Assembly: GCA_030141605.1 (NCBI GenBank)
Contig: JAQGDQ010000036.1
Location: 620,001 to 684,000 of the forward strand
Length of the DNA stretch: 64,000 nt
Origin: Tubiluchus corallicola
Taxonomy: Eukaryota > Animalia > Priapulida
Reading direction: 5' to 3'
Shown: one piece after another, positions 53,401 through 64,000 of the stretch
Numbering within the stretch: position 1 is the first letter of the stretch
How the letters are laid out: every line of letters starts with the position of its first letter
Position numbers and translations under genes: made by a program
The notes under the pieces: model-generated
What the model saw: only the letters and a program-made list of their open reading frames with translations
Database searches by the model: none
Told to the model about the DNA's origin: nothing

Positions 53401-54427
53401 AGCAGCTGAGGCAGTCAAACATACGTGGATTATTACAAATGCAGCACATTCTAATATGCGTAATCTACATCGGGCTATTAGTCAAAACCTGATGAAAAGA
53501 CAATCAATAAGAAGCTCCAAGTCTGGCCGATCATCTCGATCAAATAGGTTTGTGCTATTATTAGTTTTGCATGTTTCGTTTAAAGTTGTGTTACAGCTGA
53601 GTTTGTACTGGGTTTGTTTTAAGTGTCGTTAGAATTAACACTAGAATGAATACAAACTGGACATTCTATCTGTAAAGAACATGTTATCACATAATTAATG
53701 ATTGGAATTTGTTTGCCGAACATGAAACATTACGTGATATAGTTTATTTCTTTCCGTTTCTTTCCTACAAGTTACTAACCTTGAACTGTATAAATGTACG
53801 TTGCCTGCAGTTCTAACTGAAGCCAGCAGCCTGATTCAATGGAATTTTGCCTTGACAGGGGTTTGCCCAGAGTAAACCTACTATTTTGTTCATAAAGTAA
53901 CGCATGTTTTATGTCCATATAATTTAAATTCCTATTCCACTTATAATTTACACTATTCCATGGAGAAACTGGTTACATTAATTTTAGTTTAAGCAAAGTA
54001 GATTACTTTAAGCCAGAATATTGGGCAAATTCATTGATTAAGTGGATAACAATTGCACTGAAATCTTTTAATGAAGGCATTGTATAGTATTGAATCACAT
54101 TCAACAAATGTTTCTTCTCTAATGATTTTCTTTCTACAGAAATCTAGAAAGCCCATTCAGTAGACATCGCTAATATAAACGATAGAACACTTCTTATAAT
54201 AGATTGTCGCTTATAAAATAATTGTGAGCGCTTAATTGTTATCATTCATTAGTTTGATCTTTCCTCTGTTGGTTTTTAAAATGGTGCATTATCATGTTTC
54301 TTGGCATTTCAGGTCTAGTAAGAGTGCAAAGAGTTTAAGGTCACAACACGGTCGCGTGAAGCGTGAAGACTTGGATATGATCGAGAAAGAACTAAAGCAG
54401 AGCCGGCAACTTGCTGACCAAACTTAA
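41481..54427 (+). CDS. PSKH1: Serine/threonine-protein kinase H1 (CAMK group), 425 aa; exons 41481-42419, 53324-53547, 54313-54427
   Basis: MGCG N-terminus (myristoyl/palmitoyl motif); KYRAKFDPRVTAKYDIKALIGRGSFSRVVRVEH, HRDLKPENLLYYHPG, DFGLAS, TTCGTPEYIAPE are PSKH1 signatures. GAG|gtacgt joins ttacag|CACTGG (HWRDISPQAKDFIDRLL); AG|gtttgt joins tttcag|GTCT (RSSKSAKSLRS); total 1278 nt in frame. Confidence 0.96.
43766..44330. mobile_element. Tc1/pogo-like MITE
   Basis: TA|CCGTACTAGCCCATATACCGCA ... TGCGCTATATGGGCTAGCGCGA|TA: imperfect 22-bp TIR with TA flanks. Confidence 0.6.
44401..44490. repeat. 45-bp tandem duplication (3 mismatches)
   Basis: ATGCGTTCCACAAA.AAAAG.TTCTGTACCTG.TTATAAGAACAC x2. 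Confidence 0.88.
47275..47991. mobile_element. Kolobok-like non-autonomous element (TTAA TSD), with inverted partial relatives at about 48010-48970
   Basis: TTAA|AGGGAAAACAGCATGATTTTTCATAT ... ATATGAAAAATCATACTGTCTTCCT|TTAA; internal 47390-47710 recurs in reverse at 48635-48970 and partly at 48150-48290. Confidence 0.62.
49175..49340. repeat. About 15-bp periodic TGTGCCCAAA array (MITE arm)
   Basis: Repeated GTGCCCA/GTGTCCA units at about 15-bp spacing. Confidence 0.6.
49421..49502. repeat. Perfect 41-bp tandem duplication
   Basis: AGCTTTGACAGCACAGGTAACGTAGAGCAGATGTAGTTAGA x2. Confidence 0.92.
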
Positions 54428-56290
54428 TGACCAAACTCATGAATGATCAAAAGGAATGTCAGCCTACCTGCCACAGCTAGTCTAGCAATCTTTCAGGCCT
54501 TGCACACAGTGTTTAATGGAAACTGCATTCTGCCAAGCGCAAGTCTCAGCAGCAAAAAATGTAGTTGCATGTAAATAAACACCCTCTCTTCCTGTTATAG
54601 AAGAACAGATGGATCTCTTGAAAAATTTAAACAAAGACGTATTTACGTAAAGGTTTTGATGCGCATATGTTGTTTTCTCCCGCAACGATACATTTTTTCA
54701 TTTTTTGCCAATGCGCTGTTGAATATATTTACTATAACATTTTTCTGTAAAACAATATTGTAAGGTTTCTTAGGTTAAAGTTCAGATAACAGTGTGCTTG
54801 AGATTATTCCTCTGGTTTCTCTTTAGTTGTCATGCATTTCTTTATATATCACTTGTCAAGATTTCACTTGACCATTGGCTAAATAAAGTTTAGGCTGTCA
54901 TTAAAATTTATTTTACTTAAATAATCCTAAGGAGATTATCGGATTGCTGAGGTTGAAAATTTCCATTCCGAAACGTCTAGAAACTACTCATACTAGAAAT
55001 AATTAAAATTGCCTTTGTGTTGAAAAATTTAACATGCAAACCTTTTTTGTTGTTACAAGCCTGTGTTGTTTTGTTTATTTTTATTTTTTTATTATTTTGC
55101 TGGTGTTGAGTGGTAGACATGTTGTACTTCTTTTGTTAATGAGGTAAAGTAGTATTACTTTAAATAAATAAAACAGCTAAATTTCGTTGCTGTTTGTCTG
55201 TAGTTGACTTATCGCAAATAATTTTCGTATGTTTGCTTGCGCAATTGAATGTTAGTGATGTTGCGTACGATATGTTCCTTTAGCTATACTGTAAAGATGC
55301 CAATTGTTTATCTATTAAAAGACATCTGGTTAATAATTGATTGTCCTTTTTTGGTTGACAGTTTTGTGTAAAGATTGTCTGTCGACATTAGTGGTTTACC
55401 TGTTTTGATATTTGTAATTATACAATAAAAATCTTGCTTTATAGACCAGTTACAACATTTGTCTGCTTTCTTAAAGTGTCATAAAATTGTCCCAAATGTT
55501 TGTCTCAGTCTTGTTATTTGAGTATTGCTTGTAAATACGGCTTATTTTTTATTTTAGATGGGTGAAGTTTAAACTATATGCATATACATGCATTTTTTCT
55601 CATAAGCTATGAATGTTTTTATACATTCTTTTTTTTTCTAAATGTTGTAAAATCAGCTATGCAAAATATCATAAAGTTGAGAAATAGCAACATCAATACT
55701 CAATAGCTGCGATGTACATATAACACTGTTCGCAAGCCTTATCTTTCTTGTTTAGGTTGCTTTCGGCTCAACCTTTGAGAATATAAACCTTTACATAGTG
55801 ATAGTCATTTGTAAAAATCTTCTTATAACAACAGACTGTGCATATTATTAGCATTTTATGCAAACTATAGTTGTCTATGCATTTTATGTTGCACAATCAT
55901 GTTGACTTTGTAATTATTGTGTTCCTGAAATTTCTTATAGGTGAAAATCTCATCGTAACTTAGTATGTATTAAAAAATATTTGTTATTTGCAGATCATTT
56001 GCATGTACTTCAAAAATATAATAGACCTTTGGATCTTGCATATTTTGAAAGTAGCATCCATAAAACATTTTAGCATTAACACAGTCTTATGAAAATGTCA
56101 GTGCACTGTAATCATATTCTCCTTTTTGTATGTACTGCCCACATTTTGGCTCACTGCACGCCCAATAGTCAGCACTTAGTGTAAACTTACTAATATTGAT
56201 GGTTGTGACAGGACCATAATCTAATTCACTGTCAAGGTTAGTCTGGTGATAGGCCCTATTTTGTATATTATTATACATGCGGGATATGTA

Positions 56291-56448
56291 GAGTCAAGCC
56301 TCTTTATACCACCTACTTTGAGACTGCAAGGAAGTTGGCATTATGGCGAGGTGTATTAATACATATATGTCTAAGCAAATATACATATTTTGTTTTGCTA
56401 AAAATCTGGGCATTGAGGTTGGAAGGGCATTATAATGAGGTTTGACTG
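56291..56448. mobile_element. Tc1/mariner-type MITE; second partial copy at 57160-57250
   Basis: GAGTCAAGCCTCTTTATA ... TATAATGAGGTTTGACTG TIRs; CCTCTTTATACC.CCTACTTTG.GACTGCAA repeated at about 57168. Confidence 0.62.
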
Positions 56449-56498
56449 TGTGTGTACATGTGCGTGCGTGCGTGTGTGTGTATAAGAAAATGTCATGA

Positions 56499-56893
56499 CA
56501 ATAAGCTCCGTGTAACTCAAAATCGCATAGCTCAAATTTTTGCTTAACTCAAAAGAATTTCATTGGAGCAGATGAAATCCTTTTTTCCCACAAAAAACAT
56601 CGCTTAATTCAAAATATGTAACTCAGATAAAAATTATGAACCATTTAATTTACATAATATACATGTAATTTACTTCGCCTGGCTGAAAAATGCAATTTGA
56701 CTACATAATTTGTTATTCTTTATGTAATTGTCATCAAATCTCGTCGTTTATGTATAGAAGGGTTGATTGCCTTTTATTTAGCTCGCCGTCTGGCGGAAGT
56801 GTTTAGAAATTCTATGCTGGAAAATGGTCAGCATCGCTTAACTCAGTTTTTGTCGGTCCAGTTTAGTTATGCTGAGTAATGCGGAGTTTACTG
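56499..56893. mobile_element. Tc1/pogo-type MITE
   Basis: CAATAAGCTCCGTGTAACTCA ... TGAGTAATGCGGAGTTTACTG|TA imperfect TIRs, internal TAACTCA repeats. Confidence 0.5.
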
Positions 56894-59800
56894 TAGTAAA
56901 TAATTCTTGTATTCTACAATGATTTCTGACTTAAAAACAGTTTGTAGGAATTTATTTATTTAGAATTTACAGTATTTACTTGATTAGTTTTTTCGGTATT
57001 GTAAACAATTATTTAAGATGCATTTCTTTTATAGTTTACTATTTTTAAGTTTTAACATTATGGATGATTTTATTTCCACATGCATTTTCATTAATCCAAC
57101 TCAAACAATAGTCTTGTTTTGGATTACCTAGATCTGATTTTGCTAAATTTAAGGATGTGCACTCAAACCTCTTTATACCGCCTACTTTGGGACTGCAAAA
57201 AAACTTTGCGTTATACCGAGGTTGGCATTATAAAGGGGGCATTATAACTGCAGTATGCTTAATCACAAGTGTACTCTAAATCTTCTTTTATGTAAAATAT
57301 ATTCCAAATAATTTTGCACTCGTAAATGCTTATATAATTGAGCTGGAGAGAAGAACGTGAACAGTGTAAGGTCACATTTGACAGTTGTGGCTAGCATTTC
57401 TTTTAAATATACTGTCTCTAAGATCTGTGCTATTTCTTTGAAACAAATAATCTAATGCCTAAAAAATTGTAGATCAAGTGCAGTGCTATGTAGGGAATAC
57501 AGCACTACTTACACTGCATAACTTACACCTTTATTATAACTTTGTCACAGCACTCAAACGCTATCGTATTTCAATGCTGGAAGCAGCATTAAGTGTGTTA
57601 AAATTATTTTGAATGCTCTGTGTTCATATTTGATATTCACGTTCTATATGTCATTTGTTGCAAATTTATTCTGGATGTGTATTATACACAAGTGCCTTTC
57701 CAATTGTGCCTTCAAATGCATTTGCAAATTCAACTCCTGTTTTTATTGTTAATCTGATAATGCTAAAAAGTTAATTATTTTTAATAAATCATGATAATTA
57801 GTTGGGAAATGTTATATGTCTTCCGTGCAGTTTCCTTTTTAGTGTCTAGAACTTTTAATTTAATAGTCCCCAGTGGCTTGTTCCTTTGTACTCTGTTATT
57901 TGATCTCTTAGAATATCATTCAGCATCCATGTTTGTCCACTGTTTAAGTCATTTAACATTAACTATTTGGTGTTTACATAGCCTTAATTTTTTTGGTTTT
58001 GGCAACTTAAGGAAGATATTGGTAAAGATTATAAGACCAAAGTTCTTACTAAGGGCATATTTGTAACCATGGCAAACAGGTAGAATTAAACGTCAATACT
58101 CGATAGGCGCACAGCTGTGATGGTTATAACCAGACGGTCCGAGTCGGCTTAATGTAAGGAAGTAGCGTGATCTCCACCTCACCAACCCAACGTCAACCAA
58201 AATAATTAATGCCCTCATTTTAGGACATTATAATTGCAACAATCTCCCGTAAAGTGTTGCTTGTAAATGCTAGGTGGTGAGTAACAAGTTTTTGGATGAT
58301 AGCCTGTAATGATCCTGGGTCCAAAGGTCGCAGTCTTGGGATTGCAGAAACTGCTGAATGCAGTCGAAGACATCAACATTATAAATAATTTTGATGTATG
58401 TAATCATTGGTAAATGTATGTAGAAATTTTTTGATTAAAATTTGAATAAGAAAAATTTTAGATCCTGGATCAAAGAAAGGTTTTTCACCCTGGATCAAAG
58501 GTCAAGGGTCCTGACAGGGAAATTAGCGCTTTTTTGCATGCAGTGTGTTAGAAGCCAAGCAAAAAATTTTGGAAATGTAGAGGCACTTTCTATGACTATG
58601 TTGAGTACGTTGAACATGAGAATTAGGTGATGTAAGTGTAGCATCATGTCTGAACTTGCCATGCAATAATAGCCAGATTTTGCAAAATTTTGGTGGTGAA
58701 AATTTTTTGCCTTGTTTTTAACCTGTGGCTGATGCATTGCTCAAATAAATTTTTGCATTCGTAATCAAAGCAATAATACATGTGTGGATTTATCTTGACT
58801 TTTTGCATTGTAGCTCTAATGCCAAATGTAAGTCAACATTTTTGTGATGTGTTTCCTAATTAATGTCTAATTAGTGTTTTATGTATTTTACCTTAACGAT
58901 TTCAAGCTTTAAAGCTAAAATGATTAGAAGAAAAAAATTTTCTTGATTTTTCAAATAACTAATCTTTCTGGTGCTCTAGAAATTTATTAAATTATCTCTA
59001 AATCAGCATAGCCCTATTTTGCCTCACAAGAGTCGAAACTGCAAAACGCCCATGGTTATTATATTGGACATCTGGAAAGGCACATTTTGGTGGGAAAATT
59101 GATTGCATGTTGCAATTAAAACAAGACGAGGTTTGATATTTTCAGTGGAAAAATTGAAACAACTTTTGTATAGTGTGATCAACCTTTTCCACATTTCGTT
59201 TAATATCACAGCAGCATATATGAGCTGGAGCGTTAATTTGATTTGTTTCGATCAAACGATGGTTTTTGTCGCACAATTCGATTCTAACTGTGCTACCTGA
59301 GTCTTATGAGAGAGCAAAGTCCATAGATGTTGGCAGAAATCAACTCATGAGCGATAAAGTATTGAACAAAGATTTTTCTTCTTGTTGAACTTTGTTCTGA
59401 TTCTGAACGTGATACAGTTGGGAACGGGGTAGGACACTAGCCCAAGTAAGACAATTGGCATACGTGGGCTAGCGCATGTAGGACGCGTCGTTCATGGCCT
59501 GTGCCCAACTTGGCAGCGTCCGTTGTCCTTTGTTTACTTAATATTAATAATTGAAGACGTCAATACACGTTGAATAATTTATTATACATCTGATGAAATT
59601 AAAAATATTACTCAGAGGTAGTAGAACAGCCAATATTAAACTTGGCTTCGATATTAATCTTTTTGAAGTGAAATAAGCCCTCTTTTTAGGCGATTCCAAC
59701 ATTTGCTTAAGATATATCATTTTTTATTTTGTCTCGCTTCATGATAGACAGGTGATCCGTTTCGCTACCTCTTGGACAAATAATTATTGTTTTTTACTAA

Positions 59801-60082
59801 GTGTGATAACAGGATGGTTTAATAAACATCAAATAAAATCTGATACAAATGACTGTGTTAAAGTCGCCATTGATTATTATCCAAAAACAAGAACAACAAC
59901 GAATATGCGCTCAAACTCAGGCGCTCAATCACTTATATTGCCATCTGTTGTGATTTATGTAAATTATGATTAATGAACAAACTCATATCATTACACTAAG
60001 TAAACAGGCTAGCGTTTTTACGTGCCCTACATAATTTCTCTCTTTAAAGCATTAGATACTTATGCTTAAATGTTATGATGAT

Positions 60083-60500
60083 TAGGGGTGAGCATCGAAC
60101 GTTCGAGTTCAAACGTTCGAATCGAATTCGAATGCTCGAATTCGATTCGAACAAGCTTTTTCAGTTCAAACTCGATTCGAATCGAAAAGTATAGATTCGA
60201 ATAATTCAGCACTTCAATCACATATGTTCTTTATCACTAAAACGATTGAAACGTCATACAATTAGCATAATTTAGCTGTGAGTTCTGCACACATTTTAAA
60301 GAAATTACTAGTAGTTTTACTGCAGAACAAAATCTAGTGATATGCATGATCTTTGTAAGACTAATTTTTACGGGTGGTTCGAAAACTTGTTCGACAATCT
60401 TTCAATCTCAATTCGAATTCGAAACACTGAAGTTCGCTTCGATTCGAATTCGAAAAGTCACCAATTCGATTCGATTCGATTCGAATTCGCTTTCTGGTAT
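60083..60500. mobile_element. hAT-like MITE, TAGGGGTGAGCAT family, right TIR largely deleted
   Basis: Left TIR TAGGGGTGAGCATCGA, dense TTCGAA repeats, ATGATGAT on both flanks (putative 8-bp TSD). Confidence 0.72.
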
Positions 60501-60789
60501 AATGATGATATTATAGTAAGAAATACATTTTGTAAATTGTCAAGGACAATCCATATAATAAATTAAGTTACTTTTTTTCTAAAACATATTTAGTTTTATG
60601 TTTTATTATGTCATAATTTTCTATTCTAGAGAGATATCGCCAATGCCCTACTTGGGCGCTCGTGTCCGACACTGCTTTTCCGCAAATTTAGTACATGCGT
60701 TTTAGCGGAAGTGTCCTGCTTCGGCTAGTGGCGTATTCCGCGCCCTACAATATATACAAAAACGTTTTAGGTAATGAGTTGCCAAAGAA

Positions 60790-61070
60790 AATTTCAAATA
60801 AAGATTTGTTCGCAAAATAAAACCATTGAACAAGAAAAATAAAAACGGCTATTTAAGATGGATCGGCATATACTTAGAATATTGATGATAGGCCAGCACC
60901 AGGACAGATGTTAACGTATTTAGATTTTACACAGAAAGACTTAACCACTTCAGCACTGATCCTTAAAAATAGAAGCACTTGGTCCATTGCAGAGAGTAGA
61001 TAGTTTTGGCATCAAGAAGTGAAAAGTATCATGTCTCTGGACGCATGATTCAATGGACGACGACGACGGA
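60790..61070 (+). mobile_element. RTE-type LINE 3' end fragment
   Basis: LRWIG-HILRI (frameshifted) ... WSIAESR*FW..V, followed by a (GAC)n tail. Confidence 0.55.
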
Positions 61071-61979
61071 CATGATAAATAAAGGACCCGACATACTAGG
61101 TGGTTTTGCCGGTGCGCGTGTGCCATTTTTTCCTGTGCCATTTTTATCTACATTCGGTTTTGCCTGCCATGCGCACGCTGATTTGATTTCCTGTAAGTCT
61201 TCTTTATTTTTATTTATTTATTTTTTTGTCTGGCAAAACGTGTTAACTGCATTCCCACTGTGTAGAATAAACGCAAAGATAAACTTGTGTTGTTGGATTA
61301 AGTGTTGTCAGCAAATGCGGACAATCTATCTGGCAGCAAAGCTTGAAGCTTACCTGTTCAAAAAGCCAAGCTAGGCCTATATATTTGAAAAGCAAGCCAA
61401 AGTTTTAGTATTATAACTGTGCCTGTTATATTATTACTTTTAAGTTATGAACTATTATTACTTATAATCTTAATCCCTGCACTGTATGTCCTGCAATGCC
61501 TAACACCTATAAAACAATGATGTTGTTAGTCAGTGAGTATAACTGTGAGTATATGAAACAGCAGGCCTAAGCCAGGATACAACCTACAATGTTTTTTTAT
61601 AGTAGATCTTAAATTTAATCAACTAGTATAATTTAATTGCAAATGTTTTATAATAGTTGTGTTGGGAATGCAATTGTTTGAACTCATTGCATATAGCTTT
61701 TGCTAGCAATAATTGCTCTAGGGGATTCTGATATGCCTCGTATGCCTCGACAGCCTGATTACCTCATACAGGATAAATAATAAACTGTATTATATGTCAG
61801 TAAAATAACATAAGCACAGTGCTTTAGTACTAATTACTTGTTGCTTGTAGTAATAATGTCTAACTAAAAATAACCTTCATTAGATATTTATTAGACATTG
61901 AAGGTACATATGACATCCTGAGATTTAGACTTATGACGGGAGTTTTTATTTTGCCTTTGTAGGAGATGAAGATGTAGCT

Positions 61980-63484
61980 ATGGCTCATGCACGGCAGAAT
62001 GTAATTGATTATTTTAAAGAGTGTAAGTTGCTATTTTGTGAAGAGCTTTCTTAAAAGAGGTTTTGGCTAGCTTTTTTTAATGTATATTACTGGAATTATG
62101 CTTACTAAAGCTTCATAACTAAATGATAAAAGAAACTCGAAAACATTTCCTTGATTTTACAACTAACTAACCAAGCAAGTAATTGTGCTTTAGATTATCT
62201 TTGATTTACTGATCACAATTTGATAACAACTGAGATACAGTAGAAAGAAATTTATGTATGGAATGATTACTTAGATTTTTTACTTCTTCCTGTTGGCAAA
62301 TGTATGCCTGCAATTCTATTTCTGTCATCATTAAGAAATTACTCTCATTTAAAAACTGGTATTCTAGTGCTCACCTTACACCTTTTCACTGGTTTAGCTC
62401 TTTCAGTCAGCAAGGAAGAGGTGTGGTTAATGTGCCACAGCAGTACGGAACAGTTGGCGAAAAACATAGTTGAGAGGTGTGAAATTGCTGCTCAAACTAA
62501 TGAATTGGTAATTTGTTTTATTTATTCATCAATAGCTTTGAGACATTAATGACAAATGAGTAAAAAGTTCTGTCTTTATTTTTATATAAGCCAAGTGAGC
62601 AATCATCGTGGAAACATTCCTTTTAGTACTTAGTATTAAGAATACTTATTAGGTTTCATGTGAACAAATTAGTTTCTCAGCTTCGCTGTAGTACTGCGTG
62701 CATATAAACAAGTATACTAAGCTGACAATGACTTATTGCAGTGCAAGTTTAAAAAACTTTTAATTTTAAGCTATTTTTTTTAATTTTCATAAGCTCACAG
62801 TATTCATCCTTGCTACATCTTTGTACTTTTACATACACATCTTGCTTTCTTAGATAGTAGCCTTTCAGCTTGGTAATATTTGTCTTTGTATGGCACTCGA
62901 AATCTACATTTGCTTAATATCAAGTAAATTAATTTCTAAGTTCTCGTAGTTTGGGCTAGTATGTTTTTAGATTTTATCTTGCATTCTAGCTCTGACATAG
63001 AGAAAATTTAATTTGTGATTTTAAAAATTAATACGGATTAACTCTAATATTCCAGTAGTTTAATAATACTACTGTCTTAGTTTTTTTTCAGAATGTCAGG
63101 CGTGCAGTTTCTTTTAAAAAGATTATTCACTGGGACCATTTTGCTGATGGTTTTCCAAATATATTTATTGATGACGTGAAAGAAATGGCAGGAAAAGATG
63201 GTATGTAGACAATTAAACATGTGGTCAAATTTTATACTGCATAATCATATGAAACTTCGGGCAGTTTTAAACACTCTTTGACATTCGAGAGTAACAGATA
63301 ATTATCTAATAATTTTGAATTGCTTTTTGGCTAATTATTATTATTACATCTATATTTTTGATCTTTTATGGTTTCATGATTTTAGAAAATATGTTTTTTT
63401 CTTTGTTCAAGTTGTGTTTCTTGCCAGCTTTCATTCACCACAAGTGATATTTGAACAACTTTCCTGTCTGTATGCCATACCAAG
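61980..63484 (+). CDS. PRS4: Class II (plant PRS3/PRS4-type) ribose-phosphate pyrophosphokinase, 5' part; exons 61980-62022, 62398(or 62407)-62507, 63092-63200, 63412-63484; continues beyond the window
   Basis: Phase-compatible GT-AG exons give MAHARQNVIDYFKE-SLSVSKEEVWLMCHSSTEQLAKNIVERCEIAAQTNEL-NVRRAVSFKKIIHWDHFADGFPNIFIDDVKEMAGKD-VVFLASFHSPQVIFEQLSCLYAIPR. W..FADGFPN.FI and V.FLASF.SP.VIFEQ.S..Y..PR match my recollection of plant PRS3/PRS4, not animal PRPS1/2 (FSNQET..GEDVYIVQSG). The start codon is inferred; the exon begins at 61963. Confidence 0.85.
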
Positions 63485-64000
63485 GTAAGAGTTTCACTGT
63501 TGTTGCCTATTATAGGTTAACTGTTTTTTGCCACTAACTGAAATTTTCATCGATCAGCCTTTTCAGAATTTTGCTACATGCACACGCAGTTGCAGTAGGT
63601 CAATGGTTATATGTATCATTAGCCTGGAATGCCCCCACCTATACTATCAATGGTCTCGTACTAGCATTTAACAATAGCATTTAAATCTATAGTCAATAAT
63701 TGCATGATTACATTTCGAGTGTCAACAATAGGACACCTGACTCAAGTTTTTTGTACAAAATTTACTAGGCTGATAGCTAACTGAAATTGTTTATTTGTGA
63801 TCTAATCTAATCTAATTGTTTCTTTGTTTGAATGTAAATCGATTACGATACTCTTATCTGAATAGCATAACTAAATAGCAGAAGCAGATGGTGGGTGTAA
63901 ATAAATGTTTCTTCAAACACCATAACAACTAAAGCTTGGTGTAGTCCGTGCGCACAAACCATTACTAACGTTGCTAGGTACAAATAACCTTTGACCCTCT

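Overview
AT-rich, intron-containing animal (invertebrate-like) genomic DNA; most entries in the ORF track are chance ORFs. Reading splice sites by hand gives five protein-coding genes. (1) The last two exons of a MARVEL-domain (CMTM/plasmolipin/MAL-like) gene (+, 574-2705). (2) A complete tandem MARVEL paralog (+, 7481-18204, 4 exons, 179 aa). (3) A complete 10-exon DNAJA2 Hsp40 (-, 26196-36630, 412 aa). (4) A complete 3-exon PSKH1 kinase (+, 41481-54427, 425 aa), head-to-head with DNAJA2. (5) The 5' part of a plant-type (class II, PRS3/PRS4-like) ribose-phosphate pyrophosphokinase (+, from 61980, running off the window). Introns and intergenic DNA are packed with decayed mobile elements: BEL/Pao gag-protease, L2/CR1-like and RTE-like LINE pieces, a clean solo LTR with a 5-bp TSD and a heat-shock element, and hAT, Tc1/pogo, Kolobok-like and Helentron-like non-autonomous elements, often nested. 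The most interesting signals are the class II PRPP synthase in an animal, the HSE-bearing solo LTR upstream of an Hsp40 gene, the divergent tandem MARVEL pair, and a chain of unexplained minus-strand mini-exons downstream of DNAJA2. No database searches were run; family calls rest on motifs recognised by eye.
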